64,000 nt of DNA from an uncultured Candidatus Saccharibacteria bacterium (GCA_964487135.1 CAZAOU010000001.1:8542-72541); one strand, 5' to 3'; positions 8,810 to 19,396 are shown, numbered from the stretch's first letter. Made by a program: numbers and translations. The notes: generated by a model from the letters alone, not told the origin.

Positions 8810-9898
8810 CTATTCTATCACGCCACCACCGAGGCAAACATCCTTGTCGTAAATAACAATTGACTGTCCGGAAGCAGAAGTTTGAGGCGTTTCAAAAGTA
8901 ACAAGCCATTTTGAACTCACCTTTTTTAATTTAACTTTTTGAAGTTTTTGGTGATACCTAATCTGAGCAGTATATATTTTATTTTCTTTTGGTTCTTCAT
9001 TAATCCAGTTTATCTTATCAATTAAAATTTCTTTTGATATATATTTTGATGTTTTGTTTAAGTTAGATTCATTACCAACAGTAATTGTGTTGTTTGTTAT
9101 ATCTTTTGAAATAACATAAAGACGCTCATCATTTGGACTTTTTTTGGTTACCGTAAAGCCATGTCTTTCACCTATTGTATAAAAAATGGCTCCGTCATGA
9201 TGACCAATTTCTTCGCCGTCAGAGTTGAACACTTTTCCAGATTTCGATTTTATCTGTTCTTTAAGAAATTTTTTCATATCAATATCGCCCAAAAAACAAA
9301 TTCCCTGACTATCTTTTTTTTCTGCGTTTGGAAGTTTTATTTTTTTAGCTATTTTTCTCACTTCAGATTTCTGTAAGTTTCCTATTGGAAATAGTATGTT
9401 TTTTAATTGCTCCTGAGTAAGAGTCCACAAAAAGTAACTTTGCTCCTTTTCTTTATCATCGGCTTTGCATAAAAAATATTGCCTGTTTTTTTCTATATTC
9501 TGCGCATAATGTCCCGTAGCAACAAAATCTGTCCCCATTTCTTTTGCCTTTTTAAGAAAACCTCCAAATTTTATTTCTTTATTGCACATTACATCTGGGT
9601 TTGGTGTTCTTCCAGCTTTATATTCTGAAATCATATAATCCGCGACATTTTTTTTGTATTCTTTTTCTAAATCAATTGTTACAAAAGGAATTTCTAAATG
9701 AGCCGCAACTCTCATAGCATCTCTCCTCTCCTCTTTCCAAGTACAAGGATATCCTTCAGGCATCCAAGTTTTTATAAAAGCCCCAACTACTTTGTAGCCA
9801 GCTTTTTTTAATAAATATGCAGATACAGCTGAATCAACACCTCCAGAGAGGCCAACAAAAACTGTTTTACTGCAGATATTTTCTTTTATTGGAAACAT
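8810..9898 (-). CDS. mnmA: tRNA-specific 2-thiouridylase MnmA (start codon uncertain, overlaps mltG)
   Basis: SGGVDS, TPNPDVMCN, ATGHYA, DSQGICF, GQSIVIY, CLGGGVI. Confidence 0.95.
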   Translation of the reverse strand: MFPIKENICSKTVFVGLSGGVDSAVSAYLLKKAGYKVVGAFIKTWMPEGYPCTWKEERRDAMRVAAHLEIPFVTIDLEKEYKKNVADYMISEYKAGRTPNPDVMCNKEIKFGGFLKKAKEMGTDFVATGHYAQNIEKNRQYFLCKADDKEKEQSYFLWTLTQEQLKNILFPIGNLQKSEVRKIAKKIKLPNAEKKDSQGICFLGDIDMKKFLKEQIKSKSGKVFNSDGEEIGHHDGAIFYTIGERHGFTVTKKSPNDERLYVISKDITNNTITVGNESNLNKTSKYISKEILIDKINWINEEPKENKIYTAQIRYHQKLQKVKLKKVSSKWLVTFETPQTSASGQSIVIYDKDVCLGGGVIE

Positions 9899-10841
9899 GT
9901 TCATCATGTGTCTTTGCATAATGCACGCTTCCATCCTTATCTGTCAAGAAATATAAATATGGAGTCCCAGTGCTTAAGAATAAAGCCTTATAGGAAGCGT
10001 CTAAAGCATCTTCTCCAGGATTTGAAATTGGAGTTGGAGGCAAGCCTTTTCTTGTGTAAGTGTTGTAAGGGGAGTCAGTTCTTAAGTCACTAACACTTAG
10101 GGTAAAAGAATTTCCACCTCTTTCGTATACCAAAGTAGAATCTGCTTGAAGAGGCATTCCAATTTTCATTCTTTTTACAAAAATTTCAGCAACTATCTCC
10201 TTGTCTTCTTTTCCTCTAACTTCTCTTTCTACAATTGACGCTAATTTTACAACATCATTTTTTTTATCATCGGGTAATGCGTGTATAAGTTCATTTTTTG
10301 ATGCAAATGTATCGGTAAAAAGTTTTATTATGTCTTCTTCGGTTTGATTGGGTCTTATTAAATAAGTATCAGGAAAAAGATACCCTTCCATTTTTTTTGT
10401 TTTTTCTAGAAAAATTTGCTCATCAAAATAGCTAAGATTTTTATTTAAGGCGGACGCAATCTGTTTTCTAGTAAAACCCTCGGGAATTGTAATTTTGGCA
10501 CTAACAATCCCGTACTCCCCTTTTCTTAGCCTTTTAATTACAGAAAATAAGCTTTCTTTTTTAGAGAAAAGATAGGGACCTTCAACAATATGACCTCCTA
10601 GGATTTTTTCGCTTATATAAAATAAGTTTTCTGAGTAAATAAGGTTTTTTGATTTTAAAGTATTTCCAACCTCCTTTGCACTTTGACCTTTTTTTATCAC
10701 AACGGTCGTTTTTTCTGAAAATGATTTAGGAACAAAAAAGATAATACAAACAGAAAATAATATAATTAAAAAAAATAAACCTAAAAAAATTAACTTGCAA
10801 GACCACTTTTTTGGTTGCTCTAAGATAATATCTTCTTGCAT
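9867..10841 (-). CDS. mltG: Endolytic transglycosylase MltG
   Basis: N-terminal TM; TIPEG, EGYLFPDTY, LASIVERE, LQADST, SPYNTY--GLPPTPISNPG. Confidence 0.93.
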   Translation of the reverse strand: MQEDIILEQPKKWSCKLIFLGLFFLIILFSVCIIFFVPKSFSEKTTVVIKKGQSAKEVGNTLKSKNLIYSENLFYISEKILGGHIVEGPYLFSKKESLFSVIKRLRKGEYGIVSAKITIPEGFTRKQIASALNKNLSYFDEQIFLEKTKKMEGYLFPDTYLIRPNQTEEDIIKLFTDTFASKNELIHALPDDKKNDVVKLASIVEREVRGKEDKEIVAEIFVKRMKIGMPLQADSTLVYERGGNSFTLSVSDLRTDSPYNTYTRKGLPPTPISNPGEDALDASYKALFLSTGTPYLYFLTDKDGSVHYAKTHDEHVSNKRKYLQ

Positions 10842-10846
10842 ATTTT

Positions 10847-12070
10847 TTAGATAGGAAGATTTGCTGGAGGTTCAGATTTTTTAGCCTCGATTCGTCCGAT
10901 TGTTGGGGTTTTAGCTACTTCTCCTGGGAAGTGATAAATAGTTGCTAATCCTTCTGTACTCATTGTAAAGAAATGTCCTGGATTAGGCTTATGAAAGAAT
11001 TCTCTTTCTCCGTAGGCATGAATAGTGTGCTCTTTTCTTCCAAGTAATCTTTTTCCAGTAAAATCTTGCCAAGGATAATCAAAACTTGTGGCGTGATCCG
11101 CTTCAAAACTATTTAGGTTGGCTGAGTTGTATTGTCTAAATGCTCCATTTAGTCCTGCAACATTTATCTCATTAAATTTATCTAGAGGAGCAAAATACAG
11201 CGCTCTAATACCAACATCAAAAGGAATTTTAGATATGTTGTGTTGAATGGCATCAATTATTTCTCTGTCGCCTTTAGAAAGACTAAAACCCTCAAGTTTT
11301 ACATCACCAATCGCACTCGTATCTTGCCCTTTAAGTTTTTTAATTTCTTCATTTGCTGCATATGTCCAGTCTACTTTTTCAAACCAAGTTCCGGGTTTTG
11401 TTTGTTCTTTTTTATGAGCTCTAATTAATATTTGTATCCAAGCTTGCTCACCTTCTCTTAAAGATCCCAAATATTCAAGAATGGGGGTCATTGGGTCAAC
11501 TTTTAGTTCCTCGTCAGGGTCTTTGTCGAGTTTGTATTTTTCATAGGTAAGAATCGGATAATGGCTTGCTTTTGAGAGTTTAAAATTACATCCCCACAAA
11601 TCCATATTGTGATGGTTAAAATGAACTTTAGATGTGTAGTCTTCGACTTCTTTTATTTCTATATCAGGAAATTGAGCGTACAGTTGCGACACGACTAAAT
11701 GTTTCCAAAATTTCCAGCACCAAATATAAAATCTAATGTTTCCTCCGTCAGAAATTAGTTCTAGAGAAAACCATGGGCGAACTTTTCCATATAAATATCT
11801 GTTTATCCACGTGCCCTCACCTTTTGTCTGATAAAGGGAAGTCAAAAATAATTCCATTGCCAAAGGAGATTTTGGAAATATTCTAGGTAACTTTATTTCT
11901 AGTACAACTTTTTCCTGAGCATGGATAAATTGTTGTCTTCGCAAAGTTACGAATGATTCAAAAAAGAACCACGCCAAAATAATTGGTGCACAAATAATAA
12001 CAAGCACCCAAGCAAAGCCCAGACCGTTTGTAAAAACATCGTTAAAGGGACTAAAAAAACTCGCTTCCAT
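10847..12070 (-). CDS. Membrane-anchored hypothetical protein resembling the N-terminal region of CPR VirD4/TrwB-like ATPases
   Basis: LEIKLPR..SPLAME, FSLEL, IRFYI, QLYAQFPDIEI.EVEDY and LATIYHFP pattern; no Walker A motif. Confidence 0.5.
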   Translation of the reverse strand: MEASFFSPFNDVFTNGLGFAWVLVIICAPIILAWFFFESFVTLRRQQFIHAQEKVVLEIKLPRIFPKSPLAMELFLTSLYQTKGEGTWINRYLYGKVRPWFSLELISDGGNIRFYIWCWKFWKHLVVSQLYAQFPDIEIKEVEDYTSKVHFNHHNMDLWGCNFKLSKASHYPILTYEKYKLDKDPDEELKVDPMTPILEYLGSLREGEQAWIQILIRAHKKEQTKPGTWFEKVDWTYAANEEIKKLKGQDTSAIGDVKLEGFSLSKGDREIIDAIQHNISKIPFDVGIRALYFAPLDKFNEINVAGLNGAFRQYNSANLNSFEADHATSFDYPWQDFTGKRLLGRKEHTIHAYGEREFFHKPNPGHFFTMSTEGLATIYHFPGEVAKTPTIGRIEAKKSEPPANLPI

Positions 12071-12110
12071 GAGTTAATAATAACACTTTTTAGAATTAGA
12101 AAGTAGTAAA

Positions 12111-13145
12111 TTACTTGCTAAGAGAGTATCTTCCTTCTTTATCTTTTTTGAAATGTTTAGCGTTTTGTAAATTTACTAAAATTGTATTTTCTTTCACGTA
12201 CCTTTCCTTAAGAACTTTATCTATTATTTCGTCTTTAGTAAGAGGACCGTTTTTTTCTAGTATTTTTACAATCACATCCTTTACCACGCCGTTTAGGTAG
12301 CCCCATTCTGAAAGCGCATACAAACCTCTTCCAACAAGAACAAACCTAGGATCCTTTATGAGTTCATTGTGGGTTGTAGCTATATGAGCTTTTTTACTGA
12401 AAAGTTTTTCTATTGATTTTGCTACTTCTTTGAAATGAATTGGTGAGCCGTGTTTTCTGATTGCCAAATACGCGTAGTCTCTAATACCTTTAACTGAGAC
12501 ATTTTTTGAGTGAGCAACACCCCATTCCCCAAGAGGATTTCTATTAACCTTTTTTGATATAGAAAGCCATCTTTTTAGAATTTCTTCCGTTTTGTATTCC
12601 TGATTAACATCCTCTAGATGTTTTAAGAATTTTTCAAGCATTTCTGATTCAGGCAATAATTCATCGTCAGCAAGAGATTTATAGAGTTTTTTTATTGCTT
12701 CCTCTACTTTTTTTGCGTGCGCTTCGTTTGTATGCCATCTATGCTTAAAATCATCGTCCTCTTTAAATTTTTTGAAAGGTTCTCCTACGACGAGTAAAAA
12801 GTGGATAGCATTTTGAAGGGCTTTATCTTTCGGAGCAACATGATTTAAAAAATCTTCCTCAGAAATAAAACTTCCAAGCGCATCAACAATTTTTCTTACC
12901 TCATCAAAAATCACAACAGATTCTTTGTATGTTTTTGATTTTCTAATATTTGTTATAGATGCGTTTTCAATTTGTCTGACTCGCTCTCTTGTTATTCCAT
13001 ATGTGTCACCAATACCTTCAAGAGTCATCTTTGAAGAGCTTTTTCCTAAGCCGTATCTAGAAGAAAGAATATCTCTTCCGCGTGAAGGCAGTGCCTCAAG
13101 GAGTTTTTTTACAATTATTTTTGGTTTGAAGCTAAAATTTGCCAT
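12111..13145 (-). CDS. Sigma-70 region 4 HTH fused to RNAP-delta/HARE-like winged HTH domains
   Basis: RYGL...TLEGIG--YGITRERVRQIE; HNELIKDPRFVLVGRGLYALSEW. Confidence 0.8.
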   Translation of the reverse strand: MANFSFKPKIIVKKLLEALPSRGRDILSSRYGLGKSSSKMTLEGIGDTYGITRERVRQIENASITNIRKSKTYKESVVIFDEVRKIVDALGSFISEEDFLNHVAPKDKALQNAIHFLLVVGEPFKKFKEDDDFKHRWHTNEAHAKKVEEAIKKLYKSLADDELLPESEMLEKFLKHLEDVNQEYKTEEILKRWLSISKKVNRNPLGEWGVAHSKNVSVKGIRDYAYLAIRKHGSPIHFKEVAKSIEKLFSKKAHIATTHNELIKDPRFVLVGRGLYALSEWGYLNGVVKDVIVKILEKNGPLTKDEIIDKVLKERYVKENTILVNLQNAKHFKKDKEGRYSLSK

Positions 13146-13215
13146 TTGAGTCGCTATTTTTCTATATTTGCGTAGTTATTTCTATCACTTTTATTAAATA
13201 AAGTCAATATCTGCT

Positions 13216-16083
13216 CTAATTTACCACAAAATTAACAATTCGTCCTTTAACCACAATGGTTTTTAGGATATTTTTACCCAATAAATACTCCCTTATAGCT
13301 GGATTTTCTGATGCAATTTTGGATACTTTTTCGTCAGGAAGTTTTGGATCAATAGAAATAGTTCCTCTAGTTTTTCCATTAACCTGAATGGCTATGGTTA
13401 CTGTGTCTTTTTTCAGTAATTTTTGGTTAACTTTTGGCCATTTTGATGAATAAATGAAGTTTTTATTTCCTAATAAATGCCATATTTCATCTGTAATATG
13501 TGGAGCGAATGGTGAAAGAAGTTGTAAAAAACTCGTAAATGATTTTTTGGAAATAGAGTTTTGTTCGTAAACTTTATTAACAAAAATCATCATACTGGAT
13601 ATTGCAGTATTAAAAGAAAAATTTTCTATATCTTCTTCAACTTTTTTAATTGTTTTATTTAATTCCACAGTTAGTTCTTCAGATTCTTTTTTTGTAATAA
13701 AGTTTTGTATGTTCCAAACTTTATCTAAAAATCTTCTAGAGCCAATCATATTGTCTGTAGACCAAGCAATACCTGAACCAAAAGGCCCCATAAACATTTC
13801 GTATACTCTGAGTGTATCTGCGCCGTATTGATTTATCACATCATCTGGATTAACGACATTTCCATATCTTTTACTCATTTTTCTACCATCCTCAGCTGCA
13901 ATTAATCCTACAGAATGAAGTCTTTCAAAAGGTTCTTTTGTGGAAACAAGTTTCTCGTCATATAAAAATTTATGCCAAAAACGAGCATATATTAAATGTC
14001 TTGTTGCGTGCTCAGCACCTCCAACATAAAGAGATACTGGCATGAATTTTTTTTCTTTTTTTGCATCTACAAAAACTTTTTTATTTTTAGGATCAATAAA
14101 TCTTAAATAATACCAGCTACTTCCTGCCCATTGTGGCATTGTGTTTGTTTCGCGTTTTGCCTTACCTTTGCATTTGGGACATTTTGTATTAACCCATTTT
14201 TGAATTGCTGCCAAAGGAGACTCCCCTGTCCCTGTCGGTTCATAGTTTTTTACTTTTGGAAGTGTAACGGGTAAATCTTTTTCAGGCACAGGCACCACTC
14301 CACACTTTTCGCAATGAATTACAGGAATCGGTTCGCCCCAGTATCTTTGCCGTGAAAATACCCAATCACGAAGTTTATAATTTGCTTTTTTCTTTGCCAG
14401 ACCTTTTTCTTCAAGCCATGAAATTATTTTTTGCCGTGCTTCTTCTGAAGTTAAGCCATTAAATTGTTCTGAATTACACAAAATTCCCTCTCCGGTAAAA
14501 GGTTTTGGATTAATATGTTGCTCCCAAATAAATTTTAGATCCTCTACGTTCAAAAAATCTTTCACTTTTTCTTTTTCTATCCAATGGATATTGTGTATTT
14601 CTTTTTCTGTCTCAGAAATTTCGTCTTGCTCGCCGTTTTGAAGTGTAAAAACCAAAGATGGAAAATGCCCGAAGCGATTTATATTTTTTAGTGGATGATA
14701 AAATTTAGAATGAACAACACCAGACAATTCTTTAGACAACTGTATATTTTTGTATCCCGTTTCTTCTTTTATTTCTCTTATTGCCGCCTCAATAGCTGAC
14801 TCACCGTCATCAATTCCACCCATTACAAAACCTTTCCAATTTGTTTTTTTCCAAGCTAGACAAAGATATTTATCTTCTGCCCAGTGTTTTACAATGGCTA
14901 CCACTGCCGGTCTTTCAACAAAAGATAATTCTTCTCTGACAGCGTCCACACCAGTTTTTTGAATAAAAAGAGGTTCAATTGAAGTCTTGAGAGGAATATT
15001 ATATTTTTTGGCCATTTCATAATCTCTTTCATCATGAGCGTCAGCAAAAACCGCTCCCGTACCGTAGTGACCAAGGACAAAATCAGAAATCCACACCGAC
15101 ATTTCTTCATTTGTTGCAGGATTAATTGCAATAACACCTTTTAGTTCAACCCCTTCTTTATTATTTTTTTCAGTTCTTTCAATTTCTGTCCTATTTTTTA
15201 TTTTTGCTAAATATTTTTCAATTTCTGATTTGTTTGAAATCTCGGACTTAGAATTTAAAATTTCTTGTATCAATGGATGTTCTGGCGCAAGAACAATAAA
15301 GGTTCCTGAAAAAATAGTATCTATTCTTGTGGTGTAAACTTTTATTTCTTTTGTTTCTGTAAATTGGTTTGGCTTTATTTTAAAAATAACTTCAGCTCCT
15401 TCGCTTTTTCCAATCCAGTTTCTCTGAGATTCTTTTATTGAATCTGACCACTTAGGAAGTAATTTTAAATCATTGAGCAATTTCTCTGCGTAGTCGGTAA
15501 TACGAAGAGTCCACTGTCGCATTGGTTTTTTTTCTACAACACTTCCACATCGTTCACATTTTCCGTCCTCTAAATCTTCATTCGCAAGACCTGTTTTGCA
15601 ACTCGGACACCAGTTTATTGGTTCATATGCTTCATATGCCAGACCTTTTTTATACATCTGCAAAAAAATCCATTGTGTCCATCTATAGTATTCTGGATCA
15701 GAGGTAACAATTTCTCTATCCCAATCATAATTAAACCCAATAATAGATAGTTGATCTCTAAATCTTTTGATATTTTTCTTTACGGAAATATCTGGATGTA
15801 TTTTATTTTTTATTGCGTAATTTTCTGCTGGTAGACCAAATGAATCAAAACCCATTGGATGCAATACATTAAAACCAGACATTTTTTTGTATCTAGAATA
15901 TATGTCAGTTGCTATATATCCTTTAGGATGACCAACGTGAAGACCTTCTCCCGAAGGATATGGGAACATATCAAGAACGTAGCAGAATTTTTTTCCTTTG
16001 GCCTCAGTGGTTTTATATATTTTTTTTCTATCCCACTCTTTTTGCCATTTTTTTTCTATTTTTTTTGGATCGTAGCGTCTCAT
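13216..16083 (-). CDS. leuS: Leucine--tRNA ligase with inserted NUDIX domain
   Basis: MFPYPSG-GLHVGH, RDWVFSRQRYWGEPIP, KMSKR; internal Nudix box. Confidence 0.97.
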   Translation of the reverse strand: MRRYDPKKIEKKWQKEWDRKKIYKTTEAKGKKFCYVLDMFPYPSGEGLHVGHPKGYIATDIYSRYKKMSGFNVLHPMGFDSFGLPAENYAIKNKIHPDISVKKNIKRFRDQLSIIGFNYDWDREIVTSDPEYYRWTQWIFLQMYKKGLAYEAYEPINWCPSCKTGLANEDLEDGKCERCGSVVEKKPMRQWTLRITDYAEKLLNDLKLLPKWSDSIKESQRNWIGKSEGAEVIFKIKPNQFTETKEIKVYTTRIDTIFSGTFIVLAPEHPLIQEILNSKSEISNKSEIEKYLAKIKNRTEIERTEKNNKEGVELKGVIAINPATNEEMSVWISDFVLGHYGTGAVFADAHDERDYEMAKKYNIPLKTSIEPLFIQKTGVDAVREELSFVERPAVVAIVKHWAEDKYLCLAWKKTNWKGFVMGGIDDGESAIEAAIREIKEETGYKNIQLSKELSGVVHSKFYHPLKNINRFGHFPSLVFTLQNGEQDEISETEKEIHNIHWIEKEKVKDFLNVEDLKFIWEQHINPKPFTGEGILCNSEQFNGLTSEEARQKIISWLEEKGLAKKKANYKLRDWVFSRQRYWGEPIPVIHCEKCGVVPVPEKDLPVTLPKVKNYEPTGTGESPLAAIQKWVNTKCPKCKGKAKRETNTMPQWAGSSWYYLRFIDPKNKKVFVDAKKEKKFMPVSLYVGGAEHATRHLIYARFWHKFLYDEKLVSTKEPFERLHSVGLIAAEDGRKMSKRYGNVVNPDDVINQYGADTLRVYEMFMGPFGSGIAWSTDNMIGSRRFLDKVWNIQNFITKKESEELTVELNKTIKKVEEDIENFSFNTAISSMMIFVNKVYEQNSISKKSFTSFLQLLSPFAPHITDEIWHLLGNKNFIYSSKWPKVNQKLLKKDTVTIAIQVNGKTRGTISIDPKLPDEKVSKIASENPAIREYLLGKNILKTIVVKGRIVNFVVN

Positions 16084-16105
16084 TGCTTACAGTTTCTATT
16101 TAAGT

Positions 16106-16660
16106 TTAGTCTTTAAATTTTTTGATTGCTAGATAAATAAGTGACGCCAGAGCAATAGCAAGTATTACAACTTTAAGCAACTGATCTGCTAAAGACCAAA
16201 ATCTTATTGAAGCAACAACAAAAGATAAGACTCCTCCTATAGATAAAGATAGAGATAAAACCTCAACACCTTTTATAAATACTCCTGCAACGATAGAAAG
16301 CACACCCAAAACTACTAACGTTATAAATACATTTTTTTCGTATTCTTTCTGTGCTTCTTGATAGTTTTTGCTACAAGTAAAATATTCGTCACAATATCCT
16401 TTTGGAACTGATTTTTCTCCAGGTAGAGGAGCGTAAGTATTTTCATTCCAAGAACCTCCCACAGCAAGACATTGAGCTTGATCTGTTATAGCTTCTCTAA
16501 CTTGTTTGGTAGGACAAAATCTTTCATATTCAGGAGCGCTATATATCAGTGAAAGTGAGTAATTAAAGAAAAGATTTAAAACAATAACTATTCCAATAAT
16601 CAAAGACCACTTAATAGTTTTAGATTTTTTATTTTGATTATTAACTTCTATATTTTCCAT
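16106..16660 (-). CDS. Hypothetical membrane protein (4 TM, Cys-containing external loop)
   Basis: Four hydrophobic segments; C--VGGSW and GYCD motifs. Confidence 0.7.
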   Translation of the reverse strand: MENIEVNNQNKKSKTIKWSLIIGIVIVLNLFFNYSLSLIYSAPEYERFCPTKQVREAITDQAQCLAVGGSWNENTYAPLPGEKSVPKGYCDEYFTCSKNYQEAQKEYEKNVFITLVVLGVLSIVAGVFIKGVEVLSLSLSIGGVLSFVVASIRFWSLADQLLKVVILAIALASLIYLAIKKFKD

Positions 16661-16683
16661 TTTTTTAAAATTAGCTAATAAAT

Positions 16684-17781
16684 TTATACTCTAAATTCAA
16701 TAACGTCACCGTCTTTAACTATATATTCCTTTCCCTCAACTCTTAATTTTCCTGTTTCTCTTGCCTTAGCAAAAGAACCTAACCCTATAAGTGTATCAGA
16801 AGCAACAACTTCGGCACGAATAAATTTTTCGCGAAAGTCAGTGTGGATCGCCGCCCCTGCAACTGGCGCAGAAGAATTCTTTTTTATAGTCCATGCACGA
16901 GTTTCTTTTTCGCCTGTTGTAAAATAAGTTTCAAGTCCCAGAAGATCATAGGCGGTTCTTATAAGGTTATTTATTCCATCATCTTTAATTCCGAGCTCGG
17001 TTCTAAAGATGTTTTTCTCTTCCCCTTCCATATCTTTTAGATCGTGTTCGATTCCTGCATCTACCAATACCCACTTAGCGTTTTCGTTTTTTAGAAATTC
17101 TTGTAGTTTTTGCCATCTTTCATCATTTAATTCATCCAAGTTTTTTGCACCACTTTTTTTGTTGAGAATATACATCAGAGGTTTTAGCGTCAGAAGATTT
17201 AAACTTTTTATTACTTCTTTTTCTTCCTCTGTTACATTTGCTTTTGATGCTAAATTTCCTTTTTCGAGTTCAATAATTATTTTTTCTAAAATACCTTTTT
17301 CAATTAGGGCGTTTTTCTCGCCTTTTTTCATTTCTCTTTCAAGAGAACCTAGCCGTTTTTTTACTGTATCCATATCTGCCAAACCAAGTTCAATATTTAT
17401 TACAGAAATATCGTGCATCGGATCAACATTTCCAGCTACATGAATTACATCTGGATCATCAAAAATTCTAACCATTTCTGCAATGGCATTTACCTCTCTA
17501 ATATGAGAAAGGAATTTGTTGCCTAGTCCTTCGCCCTCTGAAGCTCCTTTTACGAGGCCAGCAATATCAACAAATTCAACGACCGCAGGGATTGTTTTTT
17601 GAGTTTTGCTTAGTTCTGAGAGTTTCCACAGTCTTTCATCAGGTACAGGGACAACACCGACAGAAGGATCTATTGTGCAAAAAGGATAATTTTCGGCAGG
17701 AACACTTTTTTTTGTTAAAGCATTAAAGAGTGTTGATTTGCCAACATTTGGGAGTCCAACAATTCCAATTTTTATTTCCAT
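16684..17781 (-). CDS. ychF: Ribosome-binding ATPase YchF
   Basis: [57 protein letters not shown]. Confidence 0.97.
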   Translation of the reverse strand: MEIKIGIVGLPNVGKSTLFNALTKKSVPAENYPFCTIDPSVGVVPVPDERLWKLSELSKTQKTIPAVVEFVDIAGLVKGASEGEGLGNKFLSHIREVNAIAEMVRIFDDPDVIHVAGNVDPMHDISVINIELGLADMDTVKKRLGSLEREMKKGEKNALIEKGILEKIIIELEKGNLASKANVTEEEKEVIKSLNLLTLKPLMYILNKKSGAKNLDELNDERWQKLQEFLKNENAKWVLVDAGIEHDLKDMEGEEKNIFRTELGIKDDGINNLIRTAYDLLGLETYFTTGEKETRAWTIKKNSSAPVAGAAIHTDFREKFIRAEVVASDTLIGLGSFAKARETGKLRVEGKEYIVKDGDVIEFRV

Positions 17782-17825
17782 GAGGTTTACAATATAGCAA
17801 ATAAGTGTTTGTATTACTAATGATT

Positions 17826-18176
17826 ATGAAAAGAACCTTTATTTTGGTCACTTTTTTCGTCGTATGGCAAAAGAAAGATGTCCAAAAAATTCCAAAGTCA
17901 AGGAGACCAAGAGTTGGAAGGCGATACATCCAGCACGCATTCCAATGCGAATCAGAGCTGGACCTTACCCAGGTCCCCTACCTCATGAAAATCTTGCGTG
18001 AGCTAGAGTCTTCTGAAGGCGAATCGTCCACAAGACTCGAGGGAGTGAGACTCATAAGGGCTAAGAACCCTCCACGCGAATGCCTCGGCATTTTCTGGAG
18101 CAGTCAGCTACCCCGACTCATGGACAAAGTCCATGAACTCAATCGACGCGGAGTCGAACTAGACTTCAAAAAATAA
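17826..18176 (+). CDS. Hypothetical protein (GC-richer orphan)
   Basis: Only long ORF in the gap; followed by the hairpin AGGCC-CGGT-GGCCT and a T-run. Confidence 0.5.
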   Translation: MKRTFILVTFFVVWQKKDVQKIPKSRRPRVGRRYIQHAFQCESELDLTQVPYLMKILRELESSEGESSTRLEGVRLIRAKNPPRECLGIFWSSQLPRLMDKVHELNRRGVELDFKK

Positions 18177-18199
18177 TTTTAGGCCCGGTGGCCTATTTT

Positions 18200-18424
18200 T
18201 TATTTCAATAATTCCCTAAGTTCTGCTTCGTGCATCTTCATTACCTCCATCATCGCTGTCATCTGGTCTTTTCCAGCATCTGTTTTTGTTTTTACTTCGT
18301 TTGCAATTTGCATCAAAAATTCTGGCTTTTTTTCTACAATAGCCATTATTTTTTGTTTTTGATCCTCAGGAATATTTCCGAGCTTTGAGCCAATAAGTTT
18401 TTTTAAAAAAAATTCTTTAAACAT
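18200..18424 (-). CDS. Small hypothetical protein
   Basis: 74-aa helical ORF MFKEFFLKKL... Confidence 0.65.
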   Translation of the reverse strand: MFKEFFLKKLIGSKLGNIPEDQKQKIMAIVEKKPEFLMQIANEVKTKTDAGKDQMTAMMEVMKMHEAELRELLK

Positions 18425-18476
18425 AGATTGACACTTTATCAAAAAAGTGGAAAAAATCCAAAAAAATAGTATTATT

Positions 18477-19307
18477 ATGTGTGTGAAATTTAAAAAAATA
18501 CTCCTATACACCTTTCTCTTGGCGGTACTTATATTATTTTTTCTAGGTATAAATTCTGCTGTTGGATCTACCTTACTATCAAGAATAGAAACATCTTTAA
18601 ATATACTCGCTGATAAAGAATTTTATTTAGCTCTTGCAAACCCTGATGTAAAGTATGTTCGCTTTTCTGAAGGAATGCGAAAGGAGCAAATCGCAAGCAT
18701 TATTCACAAAAAATTAGCGTGGAGTGATTCTGATATTAAAGATTTTCTATCATCAGACGCATCCACACCTCTTGCAGAAGGAACTTATTTTCCTGATTCC
18801 TATGTAATACAGAAAGATATCTCTGGAGCAGATATGAGACAAAAAATGTTTGAGAGGTTTCAAGAAAAAGTGTCAGACGAATTTATTGATGAGATAACAT
18901 CCTCTCATATAAGTATGGAAAAAGTTTTAACCATTGCTTCAATAATTCAACGCGAAGCCGCGGGTAAAAATGATATGAATTTAATTTCCGGCATAATTTG
19001 GAATCGATTATTTTCTGGAATGAAGTTAGATATGGACGCCACCCTTCAATACGCAAAAGGAAGTTCCAAAAACGGTTGGTGGCCGAAAGTTGTTCCTAAA
19101 GACAAATCTATTGCTTCTCCTTACAATACTTATAAAAATAAAGGTTTGCCACCTGCACCGATTGCAAATCCGGGAATTGCAGCAATTGAGGCAGCACTAA
19201 ATCCTATTCAGACCGATTGTTTGTATTATTTTCATAAAAATAAAACGATATTTTGTTCCAAAGATTATAAGGAGCATGTTTTAAATATTGAGGAATATTT
19301 AAAATAA
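18477..19307 (+). CDS. mltG: Second MltG-family endolytic transglycosylase (short)
   Basis: EGTYFPDSY, IASIIQREA, LDMDATLQY, SPYNTYKNKGLPPAPIANPG. Confidence 0.88.
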   Translation: MCVKFKKILLYTFLLAVLILFFLGINSAVGSTLLSRIETSLNILADKEFYLALANPDVKYVRFSEGMRKEQIASIIHKKLAWSDSDIKDFLSSDASTPLAEGTYFPDSYVIQKDISGADMRQKMFERFQEKVSDEFIDEITSSHISMEKVLTIASIIQREAAGKNDMNLISGIIWNRLFSGMKLDMDATLQYAKGSSKNGWWPKVVPKDKSIASPYNTYKNKGLPPAPIANPGIAAIEAALNPIQTDCLYYFHKNKTIFCSKDYKEHVLNIEEYLK

Positions 19308-19318
19308 CAATCTAAAAC

Positions 19319-19354
19319 CCCTCACTAAATATGCCCTGACATATTTAGTGCGGG
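19319..19354. repeat. Inverted repeat/hairpin between mltG and ahcY
   Basis: CCCTCACTAAATATG-CCCTGA-CATATTTAGTGCGGG (15-bp arms, one mismatch). Confidence 0.7.
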
Positions 19355-19396
19355 CTAAATTCGCAATTTTGTAGATTTTAAGATAGTATTTTGCTC

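Noticed and set aside
19308-19396. SAH/SAM riboswitch upstream of ahcY
   Set aside because: Only a simple hairpin and a promoter-like box; no recognisable aptamer motifs
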